Source: Pseudomonadota bacterium (GTDB taxonomy: Bacteria; Pseudomonadota; Alphaproteobacteria; Rhizobiales; Xanthobacteraceae). Taken from it: DNA of 64,000 nucleotides. Positions 19,089 through 28,672 of this stretch are shown one piece after another; within the stretch, counting starts at the first letter, position 1; each line of letters starts with the position of its first letter. The stretch is taken from NCBI GenBank assembly GCA_046734435.1, contig JBKPRE010000018.1:2471-66470 (forward strand), written 5' to 3'. The notes under the pieces are model-generated. The model had not been told where the DNA came from. It searched no databases and was given only the letters and a program-made list of their open reading frames with translations. Both the position numbers and the translations under genes were made by a program.

Positions 19089-19214
19089 CGTCATGGCCGG
19101 GCTCGTCCCGGCCATCAACGTCTTTGAACTTGTATGGTCTTTAAGACGTGGATGCCTGTGACATAGGCGCGCGAAAGCACGCCGTCCTTCGGACGGCTAT
19201 GCGCGGGCATGACG
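19089..19214. repeat. CGTC-type REP-like inverted pair (GTCATGGCCGGG...GCATGAC) with a nested hairpin
   Basis: CGTCATGGCCGGGCTCGTCCCGGCCATC left arm; right arm TGGATGCC...GGGCATGACG interrupted by ATAG...CTAT at 19163-19200. Confidence 0.8.
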
Positions 19215-19241
19215 ATTCAATCTGAAAGGATCATTCACAAC

Positions 19242-19922
19242 CTAAAGCTCGGCCCACTGCCGAAGCAGATTGTGATAGGCGGACGTGAGCTCGACGACCG
19301 AGCTGTGCTCGGGGTGATCGCGCGTGAGCTTGATGATGGCCACGTCCATGTCGAACAGAAGCGATCGCTTGCTCTCGTCGCGTATCATGCTCTGCGTCCA
19401 GAAAAATGACGCGATCCGTGACCCGCGTGTGATTGGAGTGACGTGGTGCAGCGAGGTCGCCGGATAGACGATCATGTCGCCGGCGGGCAGCTTCACGGTG
19501 TGGCTGCCATAGGTGTCTTCGACGACGAGCTCTCCGCCATCGTAATCGTCCGGCGCGGAGATGAATAGCGTAGATGAGACATCCGTGCGAATGCGGATGC
19601 CGCTGTTGGCGATGCCGCGGATGGCGTTATCAACGTGCGCGCCGAAAGTCATTCCGGCGTCGTATCTGTTGAACAGCGGCGGGAAAATCTGCTTCGGCAA
19701 GACCGCTGACATGAAGAGGTTGTTGCGCGCCAACGCTTCGACCACCACGCCGCCGAGCTCACGCGCCTCCGGCGAGCCTTCGGGAAGCTGCAGGTTGTTC
19801 TTCACCTTGGACGATTGGTGCCCGGCGGTGACGCGGCCGTCGACCCACGCCGCCTTTTCCATGACGTCACGGCAGCGCGCCACCTGTTCGGACGTCAACA
19901 CCTCGGGTACATGAATCATCAT
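19242..19922 (-). CDS. piuC: Fe(II)/2-oxoglutarate-dependent dioxygenase, PiuC/YbiX (PKHD-type)
   Basis: [45 protein letters not shown]. Confidence 0.9.
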   Translation of the reverse strand: MMIHVPEVLTSEQVARCRDVMEKAAWVDGRVTAGHQSSKVKNNLQLPEGSPEARELGGVVVEALARNNLFMSAVLPKQIFPPLFNRYDAGMTFGAHVDNAIRGIANSGIRIRTDVSSTLFISAPDDYDGGELVVEDTYGSHTVKLPAGDMIVYPATSLHHVTPITRGSRIASFFWTQSMIRDESKRSLLFDMDVAIIKLTRDHPEHSSVVELTSAYHNLLRQWAEL

Positions 19923-19942
19923 TGCGGCGTGTGCCTTCCCAC

Positions 19943-22321
19943 TTACCAGCGCGTGCGGTAGGAGAGCGACGCCCAGCGCCCGGATGCCGGAACCGCTTGG
20001 CCCTGATAGTACTGCGCGAAATAGAACTCATTGGTGATGTTGTAGACATTGAGCTGTATCGTCGATTTGTTGTCGACCTTGTAGCTCACCATCGCGTCGA
20101 ACTTCCAATACTCGGGCACGAAAGCGGTGTTCGTCGTGTTGACGAAAGCATCCGACTGATAGGTGGCGCCCGCGCCGACCGTCAATTTCGGAAGGATGTC
20201 GTAGGTTGTCCAGAGCGCCAGGTTGTGACGCGGCGCATTCGGCAACCAGCGATACAGTTCGGCGAGATTGGTTGTCTTGAGGATTCTCGAGTCAAGGTAA
20301 CTGTAGCCACCGATGACCTGCCATTTGTCGGTCACCTTGCCGGCGGCGCCGAGTTCAAAGCCATCTACGCGTGCGAGGCCATCGAGCACCAGAAATTGCT
20401 GTGCCGTCGGCGCAGTCGGGTCGCCAGGTATGCGCAGGTTGGTCTTTTCGATCCGGAATACCGCACCGGTGAGGCTGAGCTGGCCCTCCAGCACATCCCA
20501 TTTGACCCCCGCCTCATAGGAAATGTTTTTTTCCGGTGCGAGTGTCACGCTCGCGGCGTTGTTCGGACTGCCGGACAAAGTGCCCAGTTCGGCGGAGGGG
20601 TTGTATGAATTGCCGTAAACGACATAGACGCTCGAGTTCGGCGTCGGGTGATAGACCCCGCCAAGGCGGTAGCTCGGCAGGTTGTCGGTACGCTTCAAAT
20701 CCTGTTGGCCCGCCGGCTGGCTTCCATCCAGGTAGTGGGTATAGAAGCGATCGAACCTGAACGATCCAAGCAACTCGAAATACTTCGTGATCTTCATCTG
20801 GTCGATCACGTAGGCCGCGTAGTCGGTCGACAGGGTCTGATTTCCCGGGACGAAGGTGAAGCCTGTTGCTGGCACGCCACCCGCCGTGGGATTAACCAGG
20901 CTGGTATAGCAAGCGAGCTTGGCGGCTGCCCCGGTCGGCACGCACAGATCGGTGCGCGTCTGGTCCCGGAGTTCACGGGATAACTCGATGCCCGCGGTCA
21001 GCGTGTGATTGATGATGCCGGTATCGAACTTTCCGGTCAGGTCGGTTGCATTGACCAAATAGCCAGCGTCGGTTTCGCGTTCGCGCCGCTCGCGGCCGAT
21101 GGTCATGAGATTGACCGGATATCCGATGCCAAGGCCGCCGGTTCCAGTGGTCAGGCCGCTGGTGAATGGCTGCATGGCGGCGTTGGCAAGACCGCGCGGC
21201 GCCGTGTTGCGGCCGAAGCGATCGTTCAGCAGATAGCGCGTGCCGTTGGTGATCTTGAAATTACTTCCAAGCTCACGCTCAATCTTGGCGGTCAGGATGT
21301 GCGTCTCGGTGGTGACGATATCGCGAAGCGGACCTGTGGCGATGCCGAACCATGTATTGCGGGGAATCGACACCGGCGTCACCGGCGATCCGTCCCCATT
21401 GTAGCCGCGGTTGACCAGGTTGCCGGTCGTTGTGCTGTAGCCGGGCTGCGGCAGATAGGGCCACCCATAATCCGGTGCGCCCTCTTCACCCTGGTAGATG
21501 TACCAGAGCGTCAACTTGGTAGCGTCGTCGAGGTGTGCGCTGACGGAAGGCGCCACGCCCCAACGCCGTGTCCAGACATTGTCGCGATCCGGCGTGTCGG
21601 TTTCGGTGTAGAGCGCTGCGATGCGGCCCGAAATATTGCCGCGCTTGCCGCTGGCGTCGACATCGGCGCGATAACCGCCCACCGAGTTGATCGTTGCGGT
21701 GCCCTCGACGAAAGTCTGGCCGGTCGGAAGCTTCGAGACGTTGTTGATGGCGCCGCCGGTCGAGCCGCGGCCGAAGGCGAAGGAGGAAGGTCCTTTGTAG
21801 ACCTCGACACGATCAACGTCGAAAAGATCGCGCGTGTACCAGCCGGGATCGCGGAACCCGTCGCGGAAGATGTCGCCGCGGGCGACGAAGCCCCGGATGA
21901 TAGGGCTGTCGCCCTGCTGGCCGCCCTCGCCGGCCATGAACGTGATGCCGGGGACCGTGCGCAGCGCATCCTCCATCGTGGTGAGACGTCGCTCCTGGAT
22001 TTCCTGTTGTGGGACCACGTTGATGGTCTGGGGCGTGTCGAGCAGTTGCGTCTGCAGGCGGGTGATGGACTGCTGGGTCGCCTGATAGCCGGTCTGGTTG
22101 CTGCCGGAGACGTCGATCGTCGGTAGTTGCAGGCCTGAACTTCCACCTTCCTGCGCCGATGCGGTGGACGCCGCCATCAAGGACGCAAGACTTACGGCCG
22201 TGCGCAACAAACTACGATTGGACGATTCAGAGGAGTAACCGGCGCTCGACTTCAGAAATTGTGAAGAGCTGCCGCAGCGGTCGAATGACTGCGACCGAAT
22301 ACTTGAAACCACGTTGTTCAT
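19943..22321 (-). CDS. TonB-dependent siderophore receptor (Fiu/PiuA-like)
   Basis: TPQTINVV plug, VEVYKGPSS...[10 protein letters not shown]-terminal SLSYRTRW; start at 22321 chosen over the AT-rich upstream extension. Confidence 0.92.
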   Translation of the reverse strand: MNNVVSSIRSQSFDRCGSSSQFLKSSAGYSSESSNRSLLRTAVSLASLMAASTASAQEGGSSGLQLPTIDVSGSNQTGYQATQQSITRLQTQLLDTPQTINVVPQQEIQERRLTTMEDALRTVPGITFMAGEGGQQGDSPIIRGFVARGDIFRDGFRDPGWYTRDLFDVDRVEVYKGPSSFAFGRGSTGGAINNVSKLPTGQTFVEGTATINSVGGYRADVDASGKRGNISGRIAALYTETDTPDRDNVWTRRWGVAPSVSAHLDDATKLTLWYIYQGEEGAPDYGWPYLPQPGYSTTTGNLVNRGYNGDGSPVTPVSIPRNTWFGIATGPLRDIVTTETHILTAKIERELGSNFKITNGTRYLLNDRFGRNTAPRGLANAAMQPFTSGLTTGTGGLGIGYPVNLMTIGRERRERETDAGYLVNATDLTGKFDTGIINHTLTAGIELSRELRDQTRTDLCVPTGAAAKLACYTSLVNPTAGGVPATGFTFVPGNQTLSTDYAAYVIDQMKITKYFELLGSFRFDRFYTHYLDGSQPAGQQDLKRTDNLPSYRLGGVYHPTPNSSVYVVYGNSYNPSAELGTLSGSPNNAASVTLAPEKNISYEAGVKWDVLEGQLSLTGAVFRIEKTNLRIPGDPTAPTAQQFLVLDGLARVDGFELGAAGKVTDKWQVIGGYSYLDSRILKTTNLAELYRWLPNAPRHNLALWTTYDILPKLTVGAGATYQSDAFVNTTNTAFVPEYWKFDAMVSYKVDNKSTIQLNVYNITNEFYFAQYYQGQAVPASGRWASLSYRTRW

Positions 22322-22448
22322 AGTCCCCAGCCCTGACCGAATACTATACTTTAGAACCGTAATAATCAGGCTGATTATTAGGCTATATTTAAAACCATGG
22401 ACTGTATTCGAGGTCAAGAAGAGACTGATAATCAATAACTATTCTTGA

Positions 22449-22465
22449 ATTAGAATATTTCTAAA
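22449..22465. promoter_or_regulatory. Iron control element (Irr box)
   Basis: ATTAGAA-TAT-TTCTAAA versus established ICE consensus TTTAGAA-N3-TTCTAAA, between divergent iron-uptake genes; a half-matching TTTAGAA site at 22350. Confidence 0.75.
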
Positions 22466-22575
22466 CTGAGTATTACTGTTTTGAATACTTACAAACTAGA
22501 CACCGGATGCTGTTTTGTATTTCGCGAATGTCGAAGGGCTGATATAGCTCCCGGCCAATTGCGAAAGGGCGTCCC

Positions 22576-23730
22576 ATGGCGGACACGCGTGCGGCCAAGC
22601 TGCGCCGCCTCTGGCTGAACGTGCACTTATGGATCGGCGTCGGCTTTTGCGCGCTGCTCATACCGATCTCGGTCTCAGGTAGCCTGCTGGTCTGGCACGA
22701 CGAAATCGATTCCTGGATCAATCCGCAGCGTTACGCAGTCTCGGCTTCGCCAACGCTGCTGCCGCCCGTGGTCTACCTGGCGCAAGCACAAGAAGCCGTC
22801 GCCAGCGATCCGGCACGCGCGACTGCACTGCGGTATCCCGAGCCTGGGTGGCCAATGCGCGTCGTCATGCGCGCACAACCGAGCGAACCTGACGCACGTC
22901 CGCGCGTGCTGACGGTCTACCTTGATCCGTCAATGGCCAAGGTTCTCGACGTCGTGGATTTCCGGTCATCGTTTTTTGGATTCCTCCATGTGTTCCACGA
23001 GAACCTGACAGTCCCGGAGTACAGCGGCCGCCAGATCGTCGGGTGGGCCGGCGTCGGAATGTTGCTCCTGTCACTGACGGGAATTTGGTTGTGGTGGCCC
23101 CGCGGCGGCAATTTTCTGCGCGGCCTGCGCTGGCGGCGCTCCGTGCTCTTCACCTTCAACGTGCACCACCTTCTAGGCTTCTGGATTTCCTTGCCGCTCG
23201 CCGTCGTGTCGGCAACTGGAATCTATCTGTCGTTTCCACAGACGGCACGCGAGGCGATGTCGTCAATTGCGCCGATGACCCCGCAGGCACAACGCGGTTT
23301 TGGCGGTCAAATCGCGCAGCGCACCGCACTGACCGCCGATCAGGCTCTTGCGGCGGCATTGACGGCCGAACCGAAAGCCAGGCCGGTCGCTCTTTTCCTC
23401 CCGATCCAGCAGCGCGAACGGCCACTCACCTGGCGTACGCAATTATCGCGCGCGGGCAGCGGCGAAATCGTCACCGTGACAACGGACGATCGCAGCGGAC
23501 AAACATCGCCGGCGACAGCGATGCTCTCCGGCGACCGGGCCGCCGCCTGGATCCGATGGATTCATGAAGGCAGCCACTCCGGAATTGTGTGGGCTGTTGT
23601 CGTGACCCTGACAGGAATTTTCCCGACGATCTTTGCGGTTACGGGCATCATCATGTGGCTGCGCAAGCGCTCCGACCGCAAGGAACTGGCTGGCAAAGGC
23701 GCCAAACCACGCCTACGTCCCGCCGCGTGA
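22576..23730 (+). CDS. PepSY-associated TM helix domain protein
   Basis: WLNVHLWIG, FLHVFHENL, SLTGIWLWWPR, VHHLLGFW, WIRWIHEG. Confidence 0.88.
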   Translation: MADTRAAKLRRLWLNVHLWIGVGFCALLIPISVSGSLLVWHDEIDSWINPQRYAVSASPTLLPPVVYLAQAQEAVASDPARATALRYPEPGWPMRVVMRAQPSEPDARPRVLTVYLDPSMAKVLDVVDFRSSFFGFLHVFHENLTVPEYSGRQIVGWAGVGMLLLSLTGIWLWWPRGGNFLRGLRWRRSVLFTFNVHHLLGFWISLPLAVVSATGIYLSFPQTAREAMSSIAPMTPQAQRGFGGQIAQRTALTADQALAAALTAEPKARPVALFLPIQQRERPLTWRTQLSRAGSGEIVTVTTDDRSGQTSPATAMLSGDRAAAWIRWIHEGSHSGIVWAVVVTLTGIFPTIFAVTGIIMWLRKRSDRKELAGKGAKPRLRPAA

Positions 23731-23772
23731 CATTGTGCTAGAATTTGGAAGGCAGAAAGGACCGAGCGTTCA

Positions 23773-24693
23773 ATGAGCTGTCATCGTCACAAGTACCGCG
23801 CCATCGTGGCGGCCATTCTTGCCGCTATCCTTGTTCTGCCTGCACCTGTTTGCGCGCAAACAGCGCCTGCCGCTGAAACGCCGCCTGCCGTCGCTCCGCA
23901 ACCCGCGTCCGCTGCCGCGCCTCCAGCCGTCGCCACGCCCGCAGCCGGCCCAGTTGCAAGTTCGCCCGACAACGCGCTCAAGCTGCCGCGCGACCTCTCG
24001 CCATGGGGCATGTTCATGGCGGCCGATATCGTCGTGAAAGCTGTAATGGTCGGCCTTGTCTTTGCATCGATACTGACCTGGACGATCTGGTTTGCGAAAG
24101 CCATCGAGCTTATGTTCGCACGGCGCCGAATGCGCGCAGCGATCGAGAAGCTCAGTCACGCAAAATCGTGGAGCGAAGCCAATGTCCGGGGCAAAGGCCG
24201 GGATGTCGGCGTCGCCGCGATGCTGCGCGCCGCCGATATCGAGCTGCGCATGTCGGCCGATGCGCATTCGGCGACTGGCATCAAGGAGCGCATCGCCTCG
24301 CGGCTGGAGCGCCTCGAAGCCGCTGCCGGCCGGCAGATGATCCGCGGCACCGGCATTCTCGCGACCATCGGCGCGACGGCGCCCTTCGTGGGCCTGTTCG
24401 GCACGGTGTGGGGCATCATGAACAGTTTCATCGGCATCTCGAAGTCACACACCACCAATCTCGCGGTGGTGGCGCCCGGGATAGCCGAGGCGTTGCTGGC
24501 GACCGCGCTTGGCCTTGTCGCGGCGATCCCGGCCGTGGTCATGTACAACATGTTCTCACGCTGGATCGCAGGCTACCGCGCCTTGCATGCCGATGCCGCC
24601 GCCGAGATTCTGCGGATCGTCAGCCGCGATCTCGATCGTGGCGCTTTCGATCAGCACCCGGCCGATCGCCGGCGCGCCATAGCCGCCGAGTGA
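23773..24693 (+). CDS. exbB: TonB system energizer ExbB
   Basis: LATIGATAPFVGLFGTVWGIMNSF, APGIAEALLATALGL. Confidence 0.92.
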   Translation: MSCHRHKYRAIVAAILAAILVLPAPVCAQTAPAAETPPAVAPQPASAAAPPAVATPAAGPVASSPDNALKLPRDLSPWGMFMAADIVVKAVMVGLVFASILTWTIWFAKAIELMFARRRMRAAIEKLSHAKSWSEANVRGKGRDVGVAAMLRAADIELRMSADAHSATGIKERIASRLERLEAAAGRQMIRGTGILATIGATAPFVGLFGTVWGIMNSFIGISKSHTTNLAVVAPGIAEALLATALGLVAAIPAVVMYNMFSRWIAGYRALHADAAAEILRIVSRDLDRGAFDQHPADRRRAIAAE

Positions 24694-24697
24694 CGCC

Positions 24698-25120
24698 ATG
24701 AGCGTACGTCTTGATCACGGCGACGATCAGCTCAGCGAGGTCCACGAGATCAACGTCACGCCGTTCATCGACGTGATCCTGGTGCTGCTGATCATCTTCA
24801 TGATCGCGGCACCGCTGGCGACGGTTGACATCTCGGTCGATCTGCCGGCCTCGAGCGCGGAGCGCACGCCGCGCCCCGACAAGCCGTTGTTCCTGACGCT
24901 CAAGTCCGATTTGTCCGTATCACTCGATAACGACACGATCAGCCGGGCGACGCTGGCGGGCGCGCTCGACCGTGCCACGGCGGGCGACAGGCAGCAGCGC
25001 GTCTACCTTCGCGCCGACAAGACGGTCCCCTATGGAGAGCTGATGAGCCTGATGAACGAGCTGCGTGGGGCCGGCTATCTCCACGTAGCGCTGGTCGGGC
25101 TCGAAGCCGATAAGATGTAG
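24698..25120 (+). CDS. exbD: TonB system transport protein ExbD
   Basis: EINVTPFIDVILVLLIIFM, YLRADK. Confidence 0.92.
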   Translation: MSVRLDHGDDQLSEVHEINVTPFIDVILVLLIIFMIAAPLATVDISVDLPASSAERTPRPDKPLFLTLKSDLSVSLDNDTISRATLAGALDRATAGDRQQRVYLRADKTVPYGELMSLMNELRGAGYLHVALVGLEADKM

Positions 25121-25122
25121 GC

Positions 25123-25869
25123 ATGGTTGGCACCGCGACATTCTCATTCAGGCGGTGGCCAGAGGCCGCCCGCTGGGGTGCTTGCTTTGCGTTGGCCGTC
25201 GCATTTCATGCCGCCGGCGCGGTCGCGCTGTTTGCGCGCTGGACCGAGGATTCAAAGCTGGTTGCCGGCACGGCAATCGTCATGGTCGATCTTGCGCCCG
25301 TCGCGGTTTCGCCGAACATCACAACCGACGTGCCACCCGGGCCGCTGCAGCAGGAGGCCCAGCCCGAGCCTGAGCCGGAGAAGCCGATTGAAAAGATCGA
25401 GCTGCCGCCGGATCCGCAGGCCGAACCGGCCGTCGCCGTGACGCCGCCGCCCAAGCCGATCGAAAAGCCGAAAGAGAAAAAGCCGAAGCAGAAACATGCG
25501 AGCCTTGCGAGCGCGCCGACCAGGGCCGATCAGCAGGCCGATCGGCCCGCGGCACCGATGCCGGGACTGTCATCGCGTAACTCGGATGCGCTGCCGAACT
25601 GGAAGACACAGCTCGTCGCCAAGCTCGAGCGTGCCAAGAGGTATCCATCGGAGGCGCGCGGCGACCAGGGTACCGCGCAACTCGCCTTCAGCGTCGATCG
25701 TCAGGGCGGGGTGCACAATGCGCGGGTCACGCGCAGCTCCGGCTCCAGTGTCCTCGACCACGAGGCTCTCGCGCTGGTGCAGCGTGCGCAGCCTTTGCCG
25801 CCGCCTCCGCCGGAAGTGCAAGGCGCACAAATTCCAATCATCGTGCCGATCCGCTACAACGCGCGCTGA
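25123..25869 (+). CDS. tonB: Energy transducer TonB
   Basis: N-terminal TM, EP/KP-rich linker, YPSEAR...LAFSVDRQG...SSGSSVLDHEAL C-domain. Confidence 0.88.
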   Translation: MVGTATFSFRRWPEAARWGACFALAVAFHAAGAVALFARWTEDSKLVAGTAIVMVDLAPVAVSPNITTDVPPGPLQQEAQPEPEPEKPIEKIELPPDPQAEPAVAVTPPPKPIEKPKEKKPKQKHASLASAPTRADQQADRPAAPMPGLSSRNSDALPNWKTQLVAKLERAKRYPSEARGDQGTAQLAFSVDRQGGVHNARVTRSSGSSVLDHEALALVQRAQPLPPPPPEVQGAQIPIIVPIRYNAR

Positions 25870-25924
25870 TTTTGGGTCCGCGCCGCAAATCCGCAGCGAC
25901 CGCCATACCTATGGTGGCTACCCG

Positions 25925-25951
25925 ATGTCCGCTTTCGCCAGAAGCAGACAC
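25925..25951. repeat. GTCCGC-type small palindrome at the 3' end of the solitary SBP gene
   Basis: TGTCCGCTT-N7-AAGCAGACA, 8 of 9 bp complementary. Confidence 0.6.
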
Positions 25952-25957
25952 TCGCCT

Positions 25958-26923
25958 TCATTCGATCACTTGGTCGGCGCGGCCGAGAAGTGATGGCGGC
26001 ACACTGAGACCGAGCGCCTTGGCGGTTTTCAAATTGATGACCAATTCGAATTTTGTTGGTTGCTCTACGGGCAGGTCAGCGGGCTTGGCGCCTTTCAATA
26101 TCTTGTCGACATAGATAGCAGCGCGGCGGTACATGTCGGCTAGCGGGAACGAATAGGTCATTAGTCCGCCTTCCTCAACAAACACACGAATGATCCCAAC
26201 GCTGGGTATTCGGTACCTCAGCGCCAGCTCAGCTACGCGTTTGGCCGGGAGACTCGGTTGGACGATGATAGCATCGGGCCGCTTTTGCTCCATTGCCGGA
26301 AAAGCCTTCTCGAGCTCATCAGCGCTACGAATCATTACTGCATCGATGGTGACTCCGATGGCTTGGCCACCAAGGCGGATTTGCTCGAGAAATGGTCCCG
26401 AGAACGGATCGGGCGCGTTGGCCAGTGCCGCCACGTGTCGAGCCGACGGTAACAACTCTTGGATCAGTTCTACACTTTTGCTGGCCAGCTCCGCGGCGAC
26501 TCCCGACATACCAGTGACATTCCCACCGGGCCGGTCGAGGCTTTCGACAAGTCCGTTTTCAACTGGATTTCCTGCAAGCGCCATGACGATTGGAATTTCG
26601 CGCGTCGCCTGCTTCGCAGCACGGGCAGCCGGTGTGAACCAAGTCACGATGATATCGACTTTGAGCCCCACCAACTCTGCCGCCAATTCGGGAAGTCGAT
26701 TTATCTTTCCTTCGTCCGATCGGAACTCATATCGAATGTTTTGCCCCTCGATGTAACCCAGCTCACGCATTCCATTTCGAAACAGCCGCCAGAATTGTTC
26801 AGAACCCGGAGAGCCAACCACCAGAACACCGACGGTCGGCGCTTTTGGCTGCTGTCCACGTGCCGCATGCGACCACCCGACTGCCGCCCCGCCGATGAGC
26901 GTAATAAATTCTCGCCGCTTCAT
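25958..26923 (-). CDS. Solitary ABC transporter substrate-binding protein (ABC_sub_bind type)
   Basis: MKRREFITLIGGAA leader, LAAELVGLKVDIIV, SLDRPGGNVTG, YVDKILKGAKPADLPVEQPTKFELVINLKTAKALG. Confidence 0.88.
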   Translation of the reverse strand: MKRREFITLIGGAAVGWSHAARGQQPKAPTVGVLVVGSPGSEQFWRLFRNGMRELGYIEGQNIRYEFRSDEGKINRLPELAAELVGLKVDIIVTWFTPAARAAKQATREIPIVMALAGNPVENGLVESLDRPGGNVTGMSGVAAELASKSVELIQELLPSARHVAALANAPDPFSGPFLEQIRLGGQAIGVTIDAVMIRSADELEKAFPAMEQKRPDAIIVQPSLPAKRVAELALRYRIPSVGIIRVFVEEGGLMTYSFPLADMYRRAAIYVDKILKGAKPADLPVEQPTKFELVINLKTAKALGLSVPPSLLGRADQVIE

Positions 26924-26982
26924 TGCCGCCCTCCCAATAGGACAGGGCATTGTCGGCTCAACCTAGCATAACGAACCACGAA

Positions 26983-27122
26983 TATCCGCTGTGGCAGCAA
27001 AGCTGATACCATCGCAGAAACGAGTAAGTGGTTCTGGCAGGCTTAGAGCGACGTCCGCTTTGGGTCATAAGCCGACATGTGCGCCGCAAAGCGAGGTCTG
27101 ATTCGCCGCCCAAAGAGACATT
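26983..27122. repeat. Cluster of degenerate GTCCGC-type palindromes upstream of the solitary SBP gene
   Basis: GTCCGCTTTGGGTCATAAGCCGAC at 27053-27076, plus weaker copies at 26983 and about 27095-27121. Confidence 0.5.
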
Positions 27123-27202
27123 CACCCGACGTTCGTCGTCTGGCGCGGTCCGCCTCCAAAGTTTGTCTCGTTAATTGAAATCAGCCAAGAATTTGCCAAG
27201 TG

Positions 27203-28666
27203 CTAGACTGTCGCGTTCGAGCGCCGCGATGCTGCACGGTCCGTCAAGGAGATCGTCATTCCGACGATCACAAGCACCGGGCCGGGCAACCCCGCCTGCG
27301 CCAGCCGCTCCGGAAGCTCGGCGATCGGCGCGGTGACGACGGCTTGATCGGGCCGGGTCGCGCGCGAGATCGCCAGCGCCGGCGTGTGCGGATCGAGACC
27401 TTCGACGATTGCTTTCTCGGCCAGCGCGGCAAGCGTGCGCGTCGGCATGAAGACGGCGGTGGTGGTCGTGGGATCCGTGAGACTCTTCCAGTCAAGGTCG
27501 GCCGGCACCCCGCCGTTTTTTGCATGACCGGTGACGTACTGGAGCCGACGCGCCTTCTTGCGGTCGGTCAGCGCGATCCCAAGCCGCGACGCCGCGCCCT
27601 GCACCGACGTGATGCCAGGCACGATATCGACAGCGATCTTGGCCGCCTCGCACGCCGCGATCTCCTCGGCCGCGCGTCCGAAAATCAGCGGATCGCCGCC
27701 TTTGAGGCGGACGACGCGCTTGCCTTGTTTGGCAAGGCTCACCATGAGCGTGTTGATGTCTTCCTGCGTGCAGGACGGCCCGAAGCCGGTCTTCCCGACC
27801 AGCATCTTCCTCGCCTCCCGGCGCGCGAAGTCCATCACCTCGCGCGACACGAGATCGTCGAACAAGATCACGTCCGCAGATTGCAGCGCCCGCACGGCAC
27901 GCAATGTCAGCAATTCGGGATCGCCGGGCCCAGCCCCGACCAAAGTCACGGAGCCGCCCTCGACCGATGCTCCCAAACCTTTCACTTCCGCGATGAAGCT
28001 GTCGAAGTCCGCTTGCGCCGGCGCGCAATCGGGATTGGCGACCGCATGAGCGGTGAACAGCTGCCAGAATTTCCGCCGTGCCGCGAAGGACAGCCCCGCA
28101 AGCTTCAACGCACCGCGCCAGCGCGCCGCAGCGGCGGCCCAATCCGCAAAACCTTTCGGCAGCAGTGCCTCGAGCTTGGCGCGGATTGCCTGCGCAAAGA
28201 CGGGCGCCGCGCCGTCGGTCGAAACGCCGATCACCAGCGGCGACCGATTGACGATGGCGCCGAATGAAAAATCGCAGAATGCCGGTTTGTCGATCACATT
28301 CACCGGCACGCCGGCAGCGCGTGCGGCCGCCGCAAACTCGGCTGCGCCGTCGTCGTCTTCGAACGCGCCCACCGCAATCGCCGCATCATCGAAATTGTTT
28401 GCCGACCACGTGCAACGATGGATAACGATCGCGCCGCGCGGCGGGTCGTCGGCCAGATGCTGGAGCTCATCGCATATATCGGTCGCATAGACCTCGACGC
28501 GCGCACCCGAAGCCGACAGCAGCTCCGCTTTCCACGTCGCGGCCGGGCTTCCGCCAGCGAGCACAGCCCGTTTCCCGTCGAGCGAAAGGAATACTGGCAA
28601 GCGAGCCAGCGTGCCCATGCGCGCGGGTTTTGCTTCTGACGGAGTGCGCTGCTCGTTCACCGGCAT
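27203..28666 (-). CDS. cysG: Siroheme synthase
   Basis: LPVFLSLDGKRAVLAGG, VNVIDKP, LVGAGPGDPELLTLRA, RLKGGDP. Confidence 0.92.
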   Translation of the reverse strand: MPVNEQRTPSEAKPARMGTLARLPVFLSLDGKRAVLAGGSPAATWKAELLSASGARVEVYATDICDELQHLADDPPRGAIVIHRCTWSANNFDDAAIAVGAFEDDDGAAEFAAAARAAGVPVNVIDKPAFCDFSFGAIVNRSPLVIGVSTDGAAPVFAQAIRAKLEALLPKGFADWAAAAARWRGALKLAGLSFAARRKFWQLFTAHAVANPDCAPAQADFDSFIAEVKGLGASVEGGSVTLVGAGPGDPELLTLRAVRALQSADVILFDDLVSREVMDFARREARKMLVGKTGFGPSCTQEDINTLMVSLAKQGKRVVRLKGGDPLIFGRAAEEIAACEAAKIAVDIVPGITSVQGAASRLGIALTDRKKARRLQYVTGHAKNGGVPADLDWKSLTDPTTTTAVFMPTRTLAALAEKAIVEGLDPHTPALAISRATRPDQAVVTAPIAELPERLAQAGLPGPVLVIVGMTISLTDRAASRRSNATV

Positions 28667-28672
28667 GGCCTC

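Noticed and set aside
22322-22435. N-terminal extension of the TonB receptor in the ORF track
   Set aside because: It runs through AT-rich promoter DNA; the ATG at 22321 with a GGGGA upstream is more plausible.
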